In this document: positions 29,873 through 40,796 of the stretch, in pieces
How positions within the stretch are numbered: the first letter of the stretch is position 1
How the letters are laid out: each line of letters begins with the position of its first letter
Virus record (IMG/VR): IMGVR_UViG_3300021335_000015
Location: 1 to 62,215 of that record
DNA length: 62,215 nucleotides
Strand: one strand, 5' to 3'
Source: a virus
Lineage: Duplodnaviria; Caudoviricetes
Made by a program: the position numbers and the translations under genes
Notes under the pieces: model-generated
Database searches by the model: none
Told to the model about the DNA's origin: nothing
Seen by the model: the letters and a program-made list of their open reading frames with translations, nothing else

Positions 29873-29922
29873 TATATTATTAAACGTTTAATTCCAACAC
29901 TAACCAACTAGGAGATAACCTA

Positions 29923-32900
29923 ATGGCATTTAGGCAGATTAAATCCCCTGCATTAGCGGACAAGGCGGTACTCAATACCAAACTTGACGAAAGTGCTGTA
30001 CAGGGACAATCAACCCTTCAAGGTATGGTAAATCCAGCTGACTGCTTTACTCTTCTTTACGATGTGGGTTCTGACTCACTAAAGAAGATTGGTGCAGACC
30101 AGTTTTTCGCTTCGTTCAGCACGTCTGACCTAGCGGAAGGTTCTAACCTATACTATACCGCCGATCGTGCTAATGCTGATGTCGCTGCTCAAATCGACGC
30201 AGACGTTCTAGTAGAAACACAACGCGCACAAGCTGCAGAAACACTACTACAGAACAACATCGACGCAGAAGCAAGTGCTCGTGCTCAAGCAGACGTTACC
30301 CTACAGGCTAACATCACTGCGGAAGAGACACGCGCGAAGGCACGTGAAGATTCAATCGAAGCTGCATACATTGCGGCAGATGCTGCATTACAGACACAGA
30401 TCAGTAACTTCATCAATAACGTAGACAGCGATTCACTAGACTCTCTAGCGGAAATCGTAGAAGCATTCCAGAACGCGGACGACGCACTATCTGCTTCTAT
30501 CATCGCAAACGCTACTGCAATCACAACCGAAGTTAACCGTGCTGTTGCAAAAGAAACAGAAATCAACGACCGTGTTACTGTCGAAATATCTCGCGCTCAA
30601 TCAGCAGAAACTTCACTTGCTGGTCTAATCGGCGCGGAAGAGACTGCACGTATCGCTGGCGACAACGCACTATCTGCACGACTAGACACAGAAGAGACCA
30701 AGTCTACTTCTCTACAGTCTCAGATCACTGCTGAAGTCACTCGCGCTACTGGCGAAGAGTCACGTATCGAAGGTCGTCTTGACGGCGAGATCTCTCGTGC
30801 AACTAGCGCAGAAGCTGCAAACGCACAAAACATCCAAGATGAGATCGTTGCACGTGCAGTTGCTGACAACCAAGTTCGTACTGATCTAGGCGCAGACATC
30901 GTTGCGGCAGAAGCTGCGGCGAAGGCACACGCTGAGTCACAAGACGAAACAATGATCGGTGATGAGACTGTTGATGGTACTTCAGGTAACACAATCACAG
31001 ATCGTATTGCAACTGCAAAAGCAGAAGCAATCACTGAATCAAGCAACTCAACTGCAATCGAGAACGCTGCACGTATCGCAGGCGACTCTGATCTGAACGC
31101 TCGCGTTGATCAAGAAATCGTTGATCGTCTTGCTGGTGACGCTGCTAACTCAGCAGAAGTTGCGGCAGAAAAGACACGTGCGGAAGGTGTTGAAGCAGGT
31201 CTACAATCACAGGTCGACTTCATCACATCAAACACTGATCCAGCGGCACTAGACTCACTAACAGAAATCGTTGGTGCGTTCCAGTCTGCGGACTCAGATA
31301 TGTCCGCTCTAATCGCATCTAACACTACTGCGATTTCAAACGAAGCGACTGCTCGTTCGTCTGCTGACACTACTCTACAGGGCAACATTGATGCAGAAGC
31401 ATCAACTCGTTCAACTGCGGATGCGGGTCTACAGTCTCAGATCGATCAGATCAACGTTGACATCAACGTCTCAACACAAGACGTACTAGATCAAGCGAAG
31501 GCATATACGGATCAAGAAGCTGATTCGCACATGGCGGAAGCTAAGCAACACGCTGACGCACAAGACACTGCACTAATCGGTGACGCATCTGTAAACGGTA
31601 CTAGTGGAAACACAATCACTGACCGTATCGCAACTGCGAAGCAACAGGCAGTATCACACGCAAACGCAATCGTATCTACAGAAGAAGCTGCTCGTATCGC
31701 TGCTGACGATGCACTATCTCTACGTACAACAGTACTAGAAGGCGAGATGGATGCTGTCGAGACTCTATCTTCACAGAACGAAACAGACCTACGTGCAGAA
31801 GAAGTTGCACGTGCATCTGGTGACTCAGACCTACAAGCACAGGTCGATGCACTAAACTCCAACACTACAATCGAAGTTGATGATCTACAAGCACAGATCA
31901 CTGCGGAAGTTACTCGCGCATCTACTGCGGAAGCAACAAACGCGGCATCTGTCGTTACAGAACGTCAACGTGCAGAAGGTGTTGAAGCAGGTCTACGCGC
32001 TGACATCAACACAAACATTGGTAACATCTCTACAAACGCAGGTAACATCACGATCGAGCAAGCTGCACGTATCGCTGGTGATGCGGCACTATCGACTCGC
32101 GTTGATAACCTAGAAGAAGGTTTCACAAACGTTGACTCTGATCTACAAGCTCAGATCTTCGCAGAAGTCGCTCGTGCATCTGGTGCTGAATCAGTACTAA
32201 CTGCAACTGCAACTAGTCTACAAGGTCAGATCACTGACAACGATTCAGACATCCTTGCCCTACAGGGTCTAGTTGGTTCTGACGTACAAGATCTACAAGA
32301 CCAGTTAGATGCAGAGGTTTCTCGTGCAACTACAGCAGAAGGTGTTAACGCTGCGGCAGTTGTGGCAGAGAAGAATCGTGCAGAAGGTGTTGAAGCAGGT
32401 CTACGTACAGACGTTGATTCTAACCAATCACAAATCACTGCAAACGATTCAGATATCCTTGCACTTCAGATCCTACAGGCATCTGATCACAACGATAACC
32501 AAGCACAGATCACTGCTGAAGTTAACCGTGCGACTGCCGCTGAAGGCGTCCTACAGTCTAACATCGATGCAGAACAGGCACGTGCTGAAGGTATCGAATC
32601 TGGTCTACGTACTGACGTAGATAGTGTACAGGCGCAGGTTACTGCAAATGACTCTGACATCCTTGCTCTACAAAATCTACAATCAGGTGACGTTACAGAC
32701 CTACAGAACCAGTTGGACGCAGAAATTGTTCGTGCTACTGGTGTTGAAACTGGTATCCGCACAGACCTAACAACTCTTGAAGGTCGTGTTGACTTTATCG
32801 TTTCTAACGAAGATGGTGCGGCACTAGACTCACTAACAGAAATTGTTGGTGCGTTCCAAGACGCAGACTCAGATCTACAAGGTGTTATCGATGCTAACGG

Positions 32901-35835
32901 TGGTCGTCTAACTACCCTAGAATCAGAAATGGACGCAGTCGAACTACGTGCTACTGACCTAGAAGCAAAAGACGTTGCTCACACTAACCGACTAAACGGT
33001 TTAGATTCTGATCAGATCGTACAAAACACTCGTTTGAGCGGTGTTGAAGGACGTGCTACTGCACTAGAAACCAAGCAAGGTTCTGCACTTCTACACACAA
33101 CTGCAACAAACGTTTCTGACGCGATTAACGAACTACACGCAGAGATCGATGGCGAAGCTGCTGATCTAACTGCACTAGAAGCTCGTGTAACCACAGAAGA
33201 AGCAAACGTTGACGAACTACAAGCAGAAATGGATGCCGTCGAAGCACGTGCAACTGCTCTTGAAGGTCGCGCAACTGTAAACGAAGGTGACATCGATGAC
33301 CTAGAAACTAAGGTCGGAACTGCATCTCTTGCAACTGTTGCAACTGATCTATCTGCTGCAATCAACGAACTACACGCTGAACTAGACGTAGAAGTTGGTG
33401 ACCTAACATCACTAGAAGGTCGCGTAACTACTGCTGAAGGTGAGATCGATACACTGCAATCAGAAATGGATGCAGTCGAAGGTCGCGCAACTTCACTAGA
33501 ATCACGCATGACAACTGAAGAAGGTCACGTTGACGTTCTACAGGGTCAGATGGGTTCACAAGTACTAACAACAACTGCATCAACTGTTACTGCTGCTGTC
33601 AACGAGTTACACGCTCAGACAGACGTAGACGAAGGTCGTATCTCTACCCTAGAAGGTGAGATGGACGCGGTTGAAGGTCGTGCAACTTCACTAGAGACTC
33701 GTGCTACTGCGCTAGAGACAGAACAGACACTACAAGCTGGTCGTCTAACTGTCAACGAAGCAGACATCGACGCTCTTGAATCGAAGGTCGGTGCTGAAGC
33801 ATTCGACACAACTGCACAGACAATCTCTGGTGCTGTGAACGAAGTTCACGGTGAACTAGACGCAGTTGAAGGTCGTATGACTGCTGCTGAGTCTCGTGCT
33901 GACGCGGACAGTGACGCTCTTGTACAAGAGATCGCTGATCGTACTGCTGCGGACACACAGATCCGTATTGATCTAGCTGCTGATCGTACAACTGACCAAT
34001 CAGACTACATCGCACGTGACGCGGTTGTCCTTGCATCTGCACAATCATACGCAGAAGCAGAAGCGGACGACGCAGAAGCTGCTGCTAAGACATACGCAGA
34101 TGGCATCGTTGCGAACGAAGCTGCACTACGTTCTGGTGCTGATGCAACTCTACAGGGTAACATCGACGCAGAAGCAACTGCACGTCAAATTGCTGACAAC
34201 GGACTAGACTCACGTCTAACAGTTGTTGAGACAGAGATGACTGCAACTCAACTTGCTGCTGGTGTAAACGCTGATGGTACTTACAACACACCAACAGGTT
34301 CTAACTACCTAGACGCATCTACATCTCTATCAGATGCAGCTGCGAAACTAGATGCGGCAATCAAGGCAGTTGACAACACACGCAACTCTGGCACTAACAA
34401 TCTACAATCACAGATTGATGCTGAGATCGCACGTGCTACCGCTGCTGAAGGTGCAAACACCGTACTAATCAACGGTGAGATTGCTCGTGCAACTAGTGCG
34501 GAATCTGACCTAGGTGATCTGATCACAACTAACGCTCAGTCAATCGCTGCAGAAGCTGCACGTGCGCAGGGTGTTGAGACATCACTACAGTCACAGATCG
34601 ACTTCGTCGTATCTAACACTGACTCTGCTGCACTAGATTCTCTAACAGAGATCGTTGCTGCACTTCAGTCTGGTGATGGTGATCTACTAACTCTAATCCA
34701 AACTAACCAAACAGACATCGCTACTAACGCTTCTGGACTTGCACAAGAGATCACTGATCGTGCAGCACAGGGTGCGGCGATTCGTGGTGAGTTCGCTGCT
34801 GCGGACGCAACCCTACAGACTCAGATCGACGGTAAAGTCGCTAAGTCTGGAGACACCATGTCTGGTTCTCTATCAATGGGTGGCAACAAAGTCACTTCAG
34901 TCGCTAACGGTACAGACCCACAAGACGCAGTAAACAAGGGTCAGTTGGATGCAGGTCTTGCTGCACAACACATCTCGCAGTTCTCAACTACAGATGTTGC
35001 CGAAGGTGATAACCTATACTTCACAACTGCTCGTGCACGTGCCTCAGTATCTGCGGTCGACACTGCTGGTGAAGGTAAGGTATCTTACGATCCATCGACT
35101 GGTGCATTCTCAGTTGACACTGCTAAGTCTATCCTAGAACTAGTAGACGTTGCTGATTCATCATACGACGGTAAGAACGGTTACGTTCTACGTGTAACTA
35201 ACACGCTAGACGGAATGTCTCTACAGGATCCAACTCAGTTGGCATTCAACAACGCACAGCGTCAGACAATGGCTGGTGACGGTGCACAGACTACATTCGC
35301 ACTAGACTTCTACACGCAAGACCAAAACGCAATCGTCTTCGTTGGTGGTGTTATTCAGGATCCAGGCGTACACTACAACATTGATGCGATCAACCAGTTG
35401 ATCACATTCAACGCTGCAATCCCAGTTGGTACACAAGCGGTTGTAATCGCTCAGTCTACTAACTCGGTTGGTGTACTAGATCCTAAGTCGGTAGGTCTGG
35501 AAACTCTTGCTGATAACATCAAGGTCTTCGAACAGGGTAACGACATTGTCGCTGGAACTTCTGCTACTGTAGTTTCTGCATTCAACAAGTCTCAGTACCG
35601 TTCTGCGAAGTATGTTGTAACAGTAGAGTCAGGTGGTGAATTCGAAACTCGTGAGGCACTAGTTGTCCACGATGGAACATCCGCTTACATCGTTGAGTAT
35701 GGTGTCGTATTCACTGGTTCATCATTCCTAGGTGATACAGACGTACAAGTTAACGGAGAAAGTATCGAACTACTATACACCGCTGAATCAGCAGGTGCGG
35801 TAGTTTCTGTCTCAGTAACTTACGTTGACGCATAA
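29923..35835 (+). CDS. 1970-aa coiled-coil fibre/whisker protein
   Basis: E-x-x-R-A-x-x-A-E repeats, four LDSL(T/A)EIV knots, YadA-like VANGTDPQDAVNKGQL neck, two (D)xxEGxNLY motifs, C-terminal YRSAKYVV domain. Confidence 0.75.
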   Translation: MAFRQIKSPALADKAVLNTKLDESAVQGQSTLQGMVNPADCFTLLYDVGSDSLKKIGADQFFASFSTSDLAEGSNLYYTADRANADVAAQIDADVLVETQRAQAAETLLQNNIDAEASARAQADVTLQANITAEETRAKAREDSIEAAYIAADAALQTQISNFINNVDSDSLDSLAEIVEAFQNADDALSASIIANATAITTEVNRAVAKETEINDRVTVEISRAQSAETSLAGLIGAEETARIAGDNALSARLDTEETKSTSLQSQITAEVTRATGEESRIEGRLDGEISRATSAEAANAQNIQDEIVARAVADNQVRTDLGADIVAAEAAAKAHAESQDETMIGDETVDGTSGNTITDRIATAKAEAITESSNSTAIENAARIAGDSDLNARVDQEIVDRLAGDAANSAEVAAEKTRAEGVEAGLQSQVDFITSNTDPAALDSLTEIVGAFQSADSDMSALIASNTTAISNEATARSSADTTLQGNIDAEASTRSTADAGLQSQIDQINVDINVSTQDVLDQAKAYTDQEADSHMAEAKQHADAQDTALIGDASVNGTSGNTITDRIATAKQQAVSHANAIVSTEEAARIAADDALSLRTTVLEGEMDAVETLSSQNETDLRAEEVARASGDSDLQAQVDALNSNTTIEVDDLQAQITAEVTRASTAEATNAASVVTERQRAEGVEAGLRADINTNIGNISTNAGNITIEQAARIAGDAALSTRVDNLEEGFTNVDSDLQAQIFAEVARASGAESVLTATATSLQGQITDNDSDILALQGLVGSDVQDLQDQLDAEVSRATTAEGVNAAAVVAEKNRAEGVEAGLRTDVDSNQSQITANDSDILALQILQASDHNDNQAQITAEVNRATAAEGVLQSNIDAEQARAEGIESGLRTDVDSVQAQVTANDSDILALQNLQSGDVTDLQNQLDAEIVRATGVETGIRTDLTTLEGRVDFIVSNEDGAALDSLTEIVGAFQDADSDLQGVIDANGGRLTTLESEMDAVELRATDLEAKDVAHTNRLNGLDSDQIVQNTRLSGVEGRATALETKQGSALLHTTATNVSDAINELHAEIDGEAADLTALEARVTTEEANVDELQAEMDAVEARATALEGRATVNEGDIDDLETKVGTASLATVATDLSAAINELHAELDVEVGDLTSLEGRVTTAEGEIDTLQSEMDAVEGRATSLESRMTTEEGHVDVLQGQMGSQVLTTTASTVTAAVNELHAQTDVDEGRISTLEGEMDAVEGRATSLETRATALETEQTLQAGRLTVNEADIDALESKVGAEAFDTTAQTISGAVNEVHGELDAVEGRMTAAESRADADSDALVQEIADRTAADTQIRIDLAADRTTDQSDYIARDAVVLASAQSYAEAEADDAEAAAKTYADGIVANEAALRSGADATLQGNIDAEATARQIADNGLDSRLTVVETEMTATQLAAGVNADGTYNTPTGSNYLDASTSLSDAAAKLDAAIKAVDNTRNSGTNNLQSQIDAEIARATAAEGANTVLINGEIARATSAESDLGDLITTNAQSIAAEAARAQGVETSLQSQIDFVVSNTDSAALDSLTEIVAALQSGDGDLLTLIQTNQTDIATNASGLAQEITDRAAQGAAIRGEFAAADATLQTQIDGKVAKSGDTMSGSLSMGGNKVTSVANGTDPQDAVNKGQLDAGLAAQHISQFSTTDVAEGDNLYFTTARARASVSAVDTAGEGKVSYDPSTGAFSVDTAKSILELVDVADSSYDGKNGYVLRVTNTLDGMSLQDPTQLAFNNAQRQTMAGDGAQTTFALDFYTQDQNAIVFVGGVIQDPGVHYNIDAINQLITFNAAIPVGTQAVVIAQSTNSVGVLDPKSVGLETLADNIKVFEQGNDIVAGTSATVVSAFNKSQYRSAKYVVTVESGGEFETREALVVHDGTSAYIVEYGVVFTGSSFLGDTDVQVNGESIELLYTAESAGAVVSVSVTYVDA

Positions 35836-35904
35836 GGAACTTTGGTAATAGTCGGGGGAGGGATCAGCTCTCCCCCTCCATTAAAATTCTAAAAGGTAAA
35901 CAAA

Positions 35905-37881
35905 ATGTCTACAAATAAGAAATTTAGAATACAGAACGGCGTTGACGTATCGAATGGTGACATCTCTATCAACGACGTAACTGTAATCGGCGCAGACGGT
36001 AAGGTTGTACCTGCCGCGATCGCCGATGCTGTTGCAGGTCTGACTTCTTCTGACATCGCAGACCTACAAGCGCAGGTAAGTGCTATTCTAGGGACTTCCC
36101 CAGAAACACTTGACACGCTTCAGGAAATCGTTGCGGCATTTGAAAGTGCAGATAGTTCTTTAACCACATCTGTCGCTGCAAACTCTGCGGCAGCTGCTCA
36201 GAACGCAACTGACATCGCAACAATCAACACTACTCTAACGAACGGTGTTGCAACACCAACAGACGTTGCTGACCTACAAAGTCAAGTAACTTCTAACGAC
36301 ACAGACATCGCAGCTAACGCGGCGGCAATTGCTGCTGCAAACGCACGTACTTCTGGTATCAGCACATCTTCAGGTTCATCTAACATTCAGATGACTGCTG
36401 ATGTCGACATGGACGGTAACGCAGTTACTAACATGGCTGACCCAAGTTCTGCACAAGATGCGGCAACTAAGGCATACGTTGATGCGGCATCAACTTCTTC
36501 AGGTAGTGATCTATCTACAGAAACTGCTGCACGTATCGCGGGTGACGTTGCAAACTCAAACGAAGTAAACGTTGAGACTGCACGTGCGGTTGCGGTAGAG
36601 GGTTCTCTACAGTCACAGATCGACTCAGTATCATCAACAGGTGTATCTGGTCGTCAGTCACTACAAGACGCAATCGACGCAGAAGAAGCTGCTCGTATCG
36701 CTGCAGACGCTGTCCTACAGTCAAACATCGATGCAGAAGCAAGTGCTCGTACTGGTGCGGACAACACTCTACAGTCTAACATCGACACAGTATCTGCGGC
36801 AGTATCTGCAATCACTAACGGTTCACCAGAAACACTGAACCAGTTGACAGAACTAGTTGCTGCATACGAAGGTGCTGATGCAAGTCTACAAACTCTGATC
36901 GATAACCTAGGTGGTGACGCATCTGCCCTAACAGGTCGTGTATCAACCCTAGAATCAGAGATGGATGCGACTGAAACTGCGACTTCATCTAACACTGCTG
37001 CAATCACTGCGGAAGCAGTTGCTCGTACGGCGGCGGATGACGATCTACAAGACGCAATCGACGCGGAAGCAAGTGCTCGTGCAGCGGCAATAACTGCTGA
37101 GACAGGTTCTCGTCAAACTGCGATCACTGATGAGACTAACGCTCGTATCCTTGCAGATAACGGTCTACAGTCACAGATCGATGCGCTAGACAACTCAACA
37201 ACTGGTGACAAGTCTAACCTACAAGCACAGATCACGTCTAACGATAACGACATCACTTCACTACAGACTGCACTTTCCGCAGAAACATCTGCACGTGAAG
37301 CTGCTGATCTATTAATGCAAGACGACATCGATGGTGAGGCGACACACCGTCAAGCTGCTGATGCTGCATTACAGTCAGATATCGATGATGAAGTTGCGGC
37401 ACGTATCGCTGCGGTTGATGCGGAAGCGCAACAACGTAACGCTGCTGACTCAAGTCTGCAAAACCAGATCAACAACATCATTTCTAACACTGACTCCGCT
37501 GCATTAGATTCTCTAACAGAGATCGTTGCTGCATTCCAGTCTGCTGATGGTTCGATCACAGGTGTTGTTAACTCTAACACATCTCGTATTGCTTCTTTGG
37601 AAGGTGCACAAGCAGGTATTCTTGCATGGAACACTGATAACGTATCAGAAGGTTCATCGAACCTATACTTCACAGACGCACGTGGTAAAGCATGTGTCGG
37701 TGCGGATGCGGGTTCATGCCTAGACTACGATCAGGCTGCTGGTAAGTTCTCACTAGATCTAACAGAGACTGCCGGTGCTCTAGTACCAGACAACTCATCT
37801 AACGCGGACAAACTAGACGGACAACACGGTTCACACTACCGTATCGATGTCTACGATGTCAACGGTTCTGTTGTCAACTAA
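35905..37881 (+). CDS. 658-aa coiled-coil fibre, paralogous to the preceding gene
   Basis: PETLDTLQEIV, DPSSAQDAATKAYVD, TDNVSEGSSNLYFT, NADKLDGQHGSHY motifs. Confidence 0.75.
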   Translation: MSTNKKFRIQNGVDVSNGDISINDVTVIGADGKVVPAAIADAVAGLTSSDIADLQAQVSAILGTSPETLDTLQEIVAAFESADSSLTTSVAANSAAAAQNATDIATINTTLTNGVATPTDVADLQSQVTSNDTDIAANAAAIAAANARTSGISTSSGSSNIQMTADVDMDGNAVTNMADPSSAQDAATKAYVDAASTSSGSDLSTETAARIAGDVANSNEVNVETARAVAVEGSLQSQIDSVSSTGVSGRQSLQDAIDAEEAARIAADAVLQSNIDAEASARTGADNTLQSNIDTVSAAVSAITNGSPETLNQLTELVAAYEGADASLQTLIDNLGGDASALTGRVSTLESEMDATETATSSNTAAITAEAVARTAADDDLQDAIDAEASARAAAITAETGSRQTAITDETNARILADNGLQSQIDALDNSTTGDKSNLQAQITSNDNDITSLQTALSAETSAREAADLLMQDDIDGEATHRQAADAALQSDIDDEVAARIAAVDAEAQQRNAADSSLQNQINNIISNTDSAALDSLTEIVAAFQSADGSITGVVNSNTSRIASLEGAQAGILAWNTDNVSEGSSNLYFTDARGKACVGADAGSCLDYDQAAGKFSLDLTETAGALVPDNSSNADKLDGQHGSHYRIDVYDVNGSVVN

Positions 37882-37908
37882 TCCAAGTTCTTAGAACTTC
37901 GATGAAAG

Positions 37909-37934
37909 AGGGAGTCTTCGGACTCCCTTTTTTT
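37909..37934 (+). terminator. Intrinsic terminator
   Basis: AGGGAGTC-TTCG-GACTCCCT plus T-tract. Confidence 0.9.
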
Positions 37935-37939
37935 ATGTC

Positions 37940-37961
37940 TATAAATAAAATCGTATAAATA
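37940..37961 (+). promoter_or_regulatory. Tandem late promoters
   Basis: TATAAATA at 37940 and 37954. Confidence 0.8.
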
Positions 37962-37994
37962 GAGAGACACACACGTAACTTCGAGACACATTAG

Positions 37995-38762
37995 ATGTAC
38001 GCTACTGACAGAGAAGAACTAATCGAGTATTGCCTACGTGCACTGGGACACCCAGTCGTAGAGATCAATATCGATGACGAACAATTAGATGATCGTGTTG
38101 ATGAGGCACTCCAATGGTTCCGTGAGAACCACCCAGATGGGTCGAAGAGATACTACCTCAAACATCAACTAACGCAACAGGACATCGACACACAGACCGT
38201 AGATCTACCGGACGACCTTGATTTGACTGCGGTGGTACGTATGTTACCAGTCACCCTTTCGAACTCTCAGGGGTGGTTTAGTGACGCGTGGCAGTACCTC
38301 CAGTATACCATATCAGACTTCACTCGTGCAAACGGAGTGTTGGGTGATCTGGCATATTACGAAGGTATGCAACAACAACTATCACTGCTCGACATGAAGT
38401 TGATGGGTCAACCACAGATGACCTTTGATCGACAGTATAATCGTGTGAATCTACTTGTTTCTAAAACGAAACTAACAGCGGGAGACTTCGTCGTGTTCGA
38501 GGTCTATGGTATTCGCAGTCCGGACGATACGGTATCCGAATACAACAACCTATGGAACCACCGCTTCCTGAAAGAATACACAACCGCGCTGATCAAACGT
38601 CAGTGGGGTATCAACCTAATCAAGTTTGACGGTATGCAGTTGCCTGGCGGGGTCACTATCAATGGTCGTCAAATCTATGATGACGCAATCGCAGACATCG
38701 ACAAGATCATGGAGAAGTTCCGATTGGAAGAGGACGAAGGTCCAATGTTCTTTATGGGGTAA
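37995..38762 (+). CDS. gp13: Neck protein gp13
   Basis: YCLRALGHPVVEINIDDEQ, KRQWGINLIKFDGMQLPGGVTING. Confidence 0.92.
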   Translation: MYATDREELIEYCLRALGHPVVEINIDDEQLDDRVDEALQWFRENHPDGSKRYYLKHQLTQQDIDTQTVDLPDDLDLTAVVRMLPVTLSNSQGWFSDAWQYLQYTISDFTRANGVLGDLAYYEGMQQQLSLLDMKLMGQPQMTFDRQYNRVNLLVSKTKLTAGDFVVFEVYGIRSPDDTVSEYNNLWNHRFLKEYTTALIKRQWGINLIKFDGMQLPGGVTINGRQIYDDAIADIDKIMEKFRLEEDEGPMFFMG

Positions 38763-38765
38763 ACC

Positions 38766-39647
38766 ATGGCGACTAATCCATATATCAGTCAGAAGAACCG
38801 ATCCGAACAGAGTTTGTATGAGGACTTGATTATCGAGTCCATCAAGTTCTACGGTCAGGATGTGTACTACCTACCGCGTGAGATCGTGGAGAAGGAAGAC
38901 ATCTTCCTAGACAGCATCCAGTCTCAGTTCGGTGACGCATACAAGGTCGAGGTCTACATCGAAAACGCAGAAGGTTTCGATGGAGAAGGGGACATCTTTA
39001 CCAAGTTTGGTATTGAGATCCGTGACCAAGCCACCTTTGTCATCGCACGTCGTCGATGGAGAGAACTGGTCGGTGACCGTCTTGCCGATGCGCAGTTCCG
39101 TCCACGTGAGGGTGACGTAATCTACCTACCTATGTCTGAATCACTATTCCAAGTGATGAAGGTAGAGACAGAAACTCCGTTCTACCAGTTGTCGCAACTA
39201 CCTACGTTCCGTATGCAGTGCGAGTTGTTCGAGTTCTCAGACGAAGACTTCGACACTGGCATTCCGGATATCGACAACATCGAGGTCGAGGGTGCGTTTC
39301 AGTACGAACTACAGATGCCTCCAAGGGTAGCGGACGACGAATCATACTACCTAGTGGGTGAGGACGTTCAACAGGTGTTCGACGACTACATACTAAATGG
39401 CGAAGTCACTTCGTGGAATAGTGACACTCGCATGTTGAAGATCGCACATACAGGTGCGACCGATGGTAAGTATCACGAGTGGGCGACGGATCGTCCAGTT
39501 GTTGGACCAAACGCGTCTATGACTCCGGTCTCACAAGACGAAGGTGTCAACGAGATACAGGTCGACGCACAGAACAAAGTATTCAATGATTGGGAAGGAG
39601 ACTTCCTTGACTTCAGTGAGTCGAATCCGTTTGGAGATATAATCTAA
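38766..39647 (+). CDS. gp14: Neck protein gp14
   Basis: ESIKFYGQDVYYLPRE, RPREGDVIY, LDFSESNPFG. Confidence 0.92.
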   Translation: MATNPYISQKNRSEQSLYEDLIIESIKFYGQDVYYLPREIVEKEDIFLDSIQSQFGDAYKVEVYIENAEGFDGEGDIFTKFGIEIRDQATFVIARRRWRELVGDRLADAQFRPREGDVIYLPMSESLFQVMKVETETPFYQLSQLPTFRMQCELFEFSDEDFDTGIPDIDNIEVEGAFQYELQMPPRVADDESYYLVGEDVQQVFDDYILNGEVTSWNSDTRMLKIAHTGATDGKYHEWATDRPVVGPNASMTPVSQDEGVNEIQVDAQNKVFNDWEGDFLDFSESNPFGDII

Positions 39648-40426
39648 TGATGGGTGGACACTTCTATCACAAGCGTGTGCGCACATGTGTTGCGTTGTTC
39701 GGATCTATGTTCGACGACATGTACATACTACGAACCGCTGCGGACGGCAAGGTGTTGTCTCAGGTCAAGTTGCCTCTGACATATGCGCCGCGTAGGAACT
39801 TCATCTCACGACTAGAGGAGATGAGTAGGGGAGAACAGTCCGAACGTAAAGTCGCACTCAAGCTACCTCGCATGTCTTTTGAAATCGTATCTATTACATA
39901 CGATGCAGCAAGACAGTTACCAAAGGTCAATCAAGTAAGCGTAACCAGTACATCTGACGGAAAACGTAAAGATGTTTTCTGCGGTGTCCCCTACAAGGTT
40001 GGTTTCGAACTGAACATCTACGCTAAATCCCAAGACGATGCATTGCAAGTGGTCGAACAGATATTACCATACTTTGCCCCTCAATATACTTTGGCAGTAA
40101 AACCATTCTCTGACTATCCGGACATCAAAGAAGACATCCCTATTGTCCTAACAGGTTTGAACTTCTCAGACGACTTTGAGGGTCCGATCGAACAGAGACG
40201 AACCATCATATACACTCTATCCTTTGATATGAATGCGAACTTCTATGGTCCAGTGAAGACTTCATCACAGATTCGCGAAGTAAATACAGAGCTTAGTGCG
40301 ATAGTCTCCGATACAGGAGATACAGATTTCCTAAGTAATGTACGTGTGACACCAGACCCGATCGACGTAAGTCCGGACGGAGACTTTGGTTTTAATATAG
40401 AGATAAATGATGACAGACAGTCATAA
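39647..40426 (+). CDS. gp15: Tail sheath stabiliser/terminator gp15
   Basis: LPRMSFE, DALQVVEQILPYF. Confidence 0.92.
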   Translation: MMGGHFYHKRVRTCVALFGSMFDDMYILRTAADGKVLSQVKLPLTYAPRRNFISRLEEMSRGEQSERKVALKLPRMSFEIVSITYDAARQLPKVNQVSVTSTSDGKRKDVFCGVPYKVGFELNIYAKSQDDALQVVEQILPYFAPQYTLAVKPFSDYPDIKEDIPIVLTGLNFSDDFEGPIEQRRTIIYTLSFDMNANFYGPVKTSSQIREVNTELSAIVSDTGDTDFLSNVRVTPDPIDVSPDGDFGFNIEINDDRQS

Positions 40427-40796
40427 CCCCCCAACGATTATCACGGACGATCAACGAAAGAACTTTGTCCACGAACAGGACTACGAGTACTCCCGTGATA
40501 CCTACTATGATCTAATCGAGAAAGGTCGAGAATCGCTTGACCTAATGATTCAGGTCGCGCGTGAATCAGAACATCCCCGAGCATTCGAGGTGTTGTCTAA
40601 TATGATAAAGGACATCGCTAATGTCAACGACAAGCTGATGGAACTTAACAAGAAACAAAAAGAACTGTTGCAAGACGAAAAACCTAAAGAGACAAACACC
40701 ACGAATAACAATCTGTTCATCGGGTCGACAACTGAACTCCAGCGTTTCCTATTGGGGGACAAGGATGAGAAGGTCATAGACCAAGACGATGAGTAG
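40407..40796 (+). CDS. gp16: Terminase small subunit gp16
   Basis: DYEYSR, ESEHPRAFEV, NNNLFIGSTTELQ. Confidence 0.9.
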   Translation: MMTDSHNPPTIITDDQRKNFVHEQDYEYSRDTYYDLIEKGRESLDLMIQVARESEHPRAFEVLSNMIKDIANVNDKLMELNKKQKELLQDEKPKETNTTNNNLFIGSTTELQRFLLGDKDEKVIDQDDE

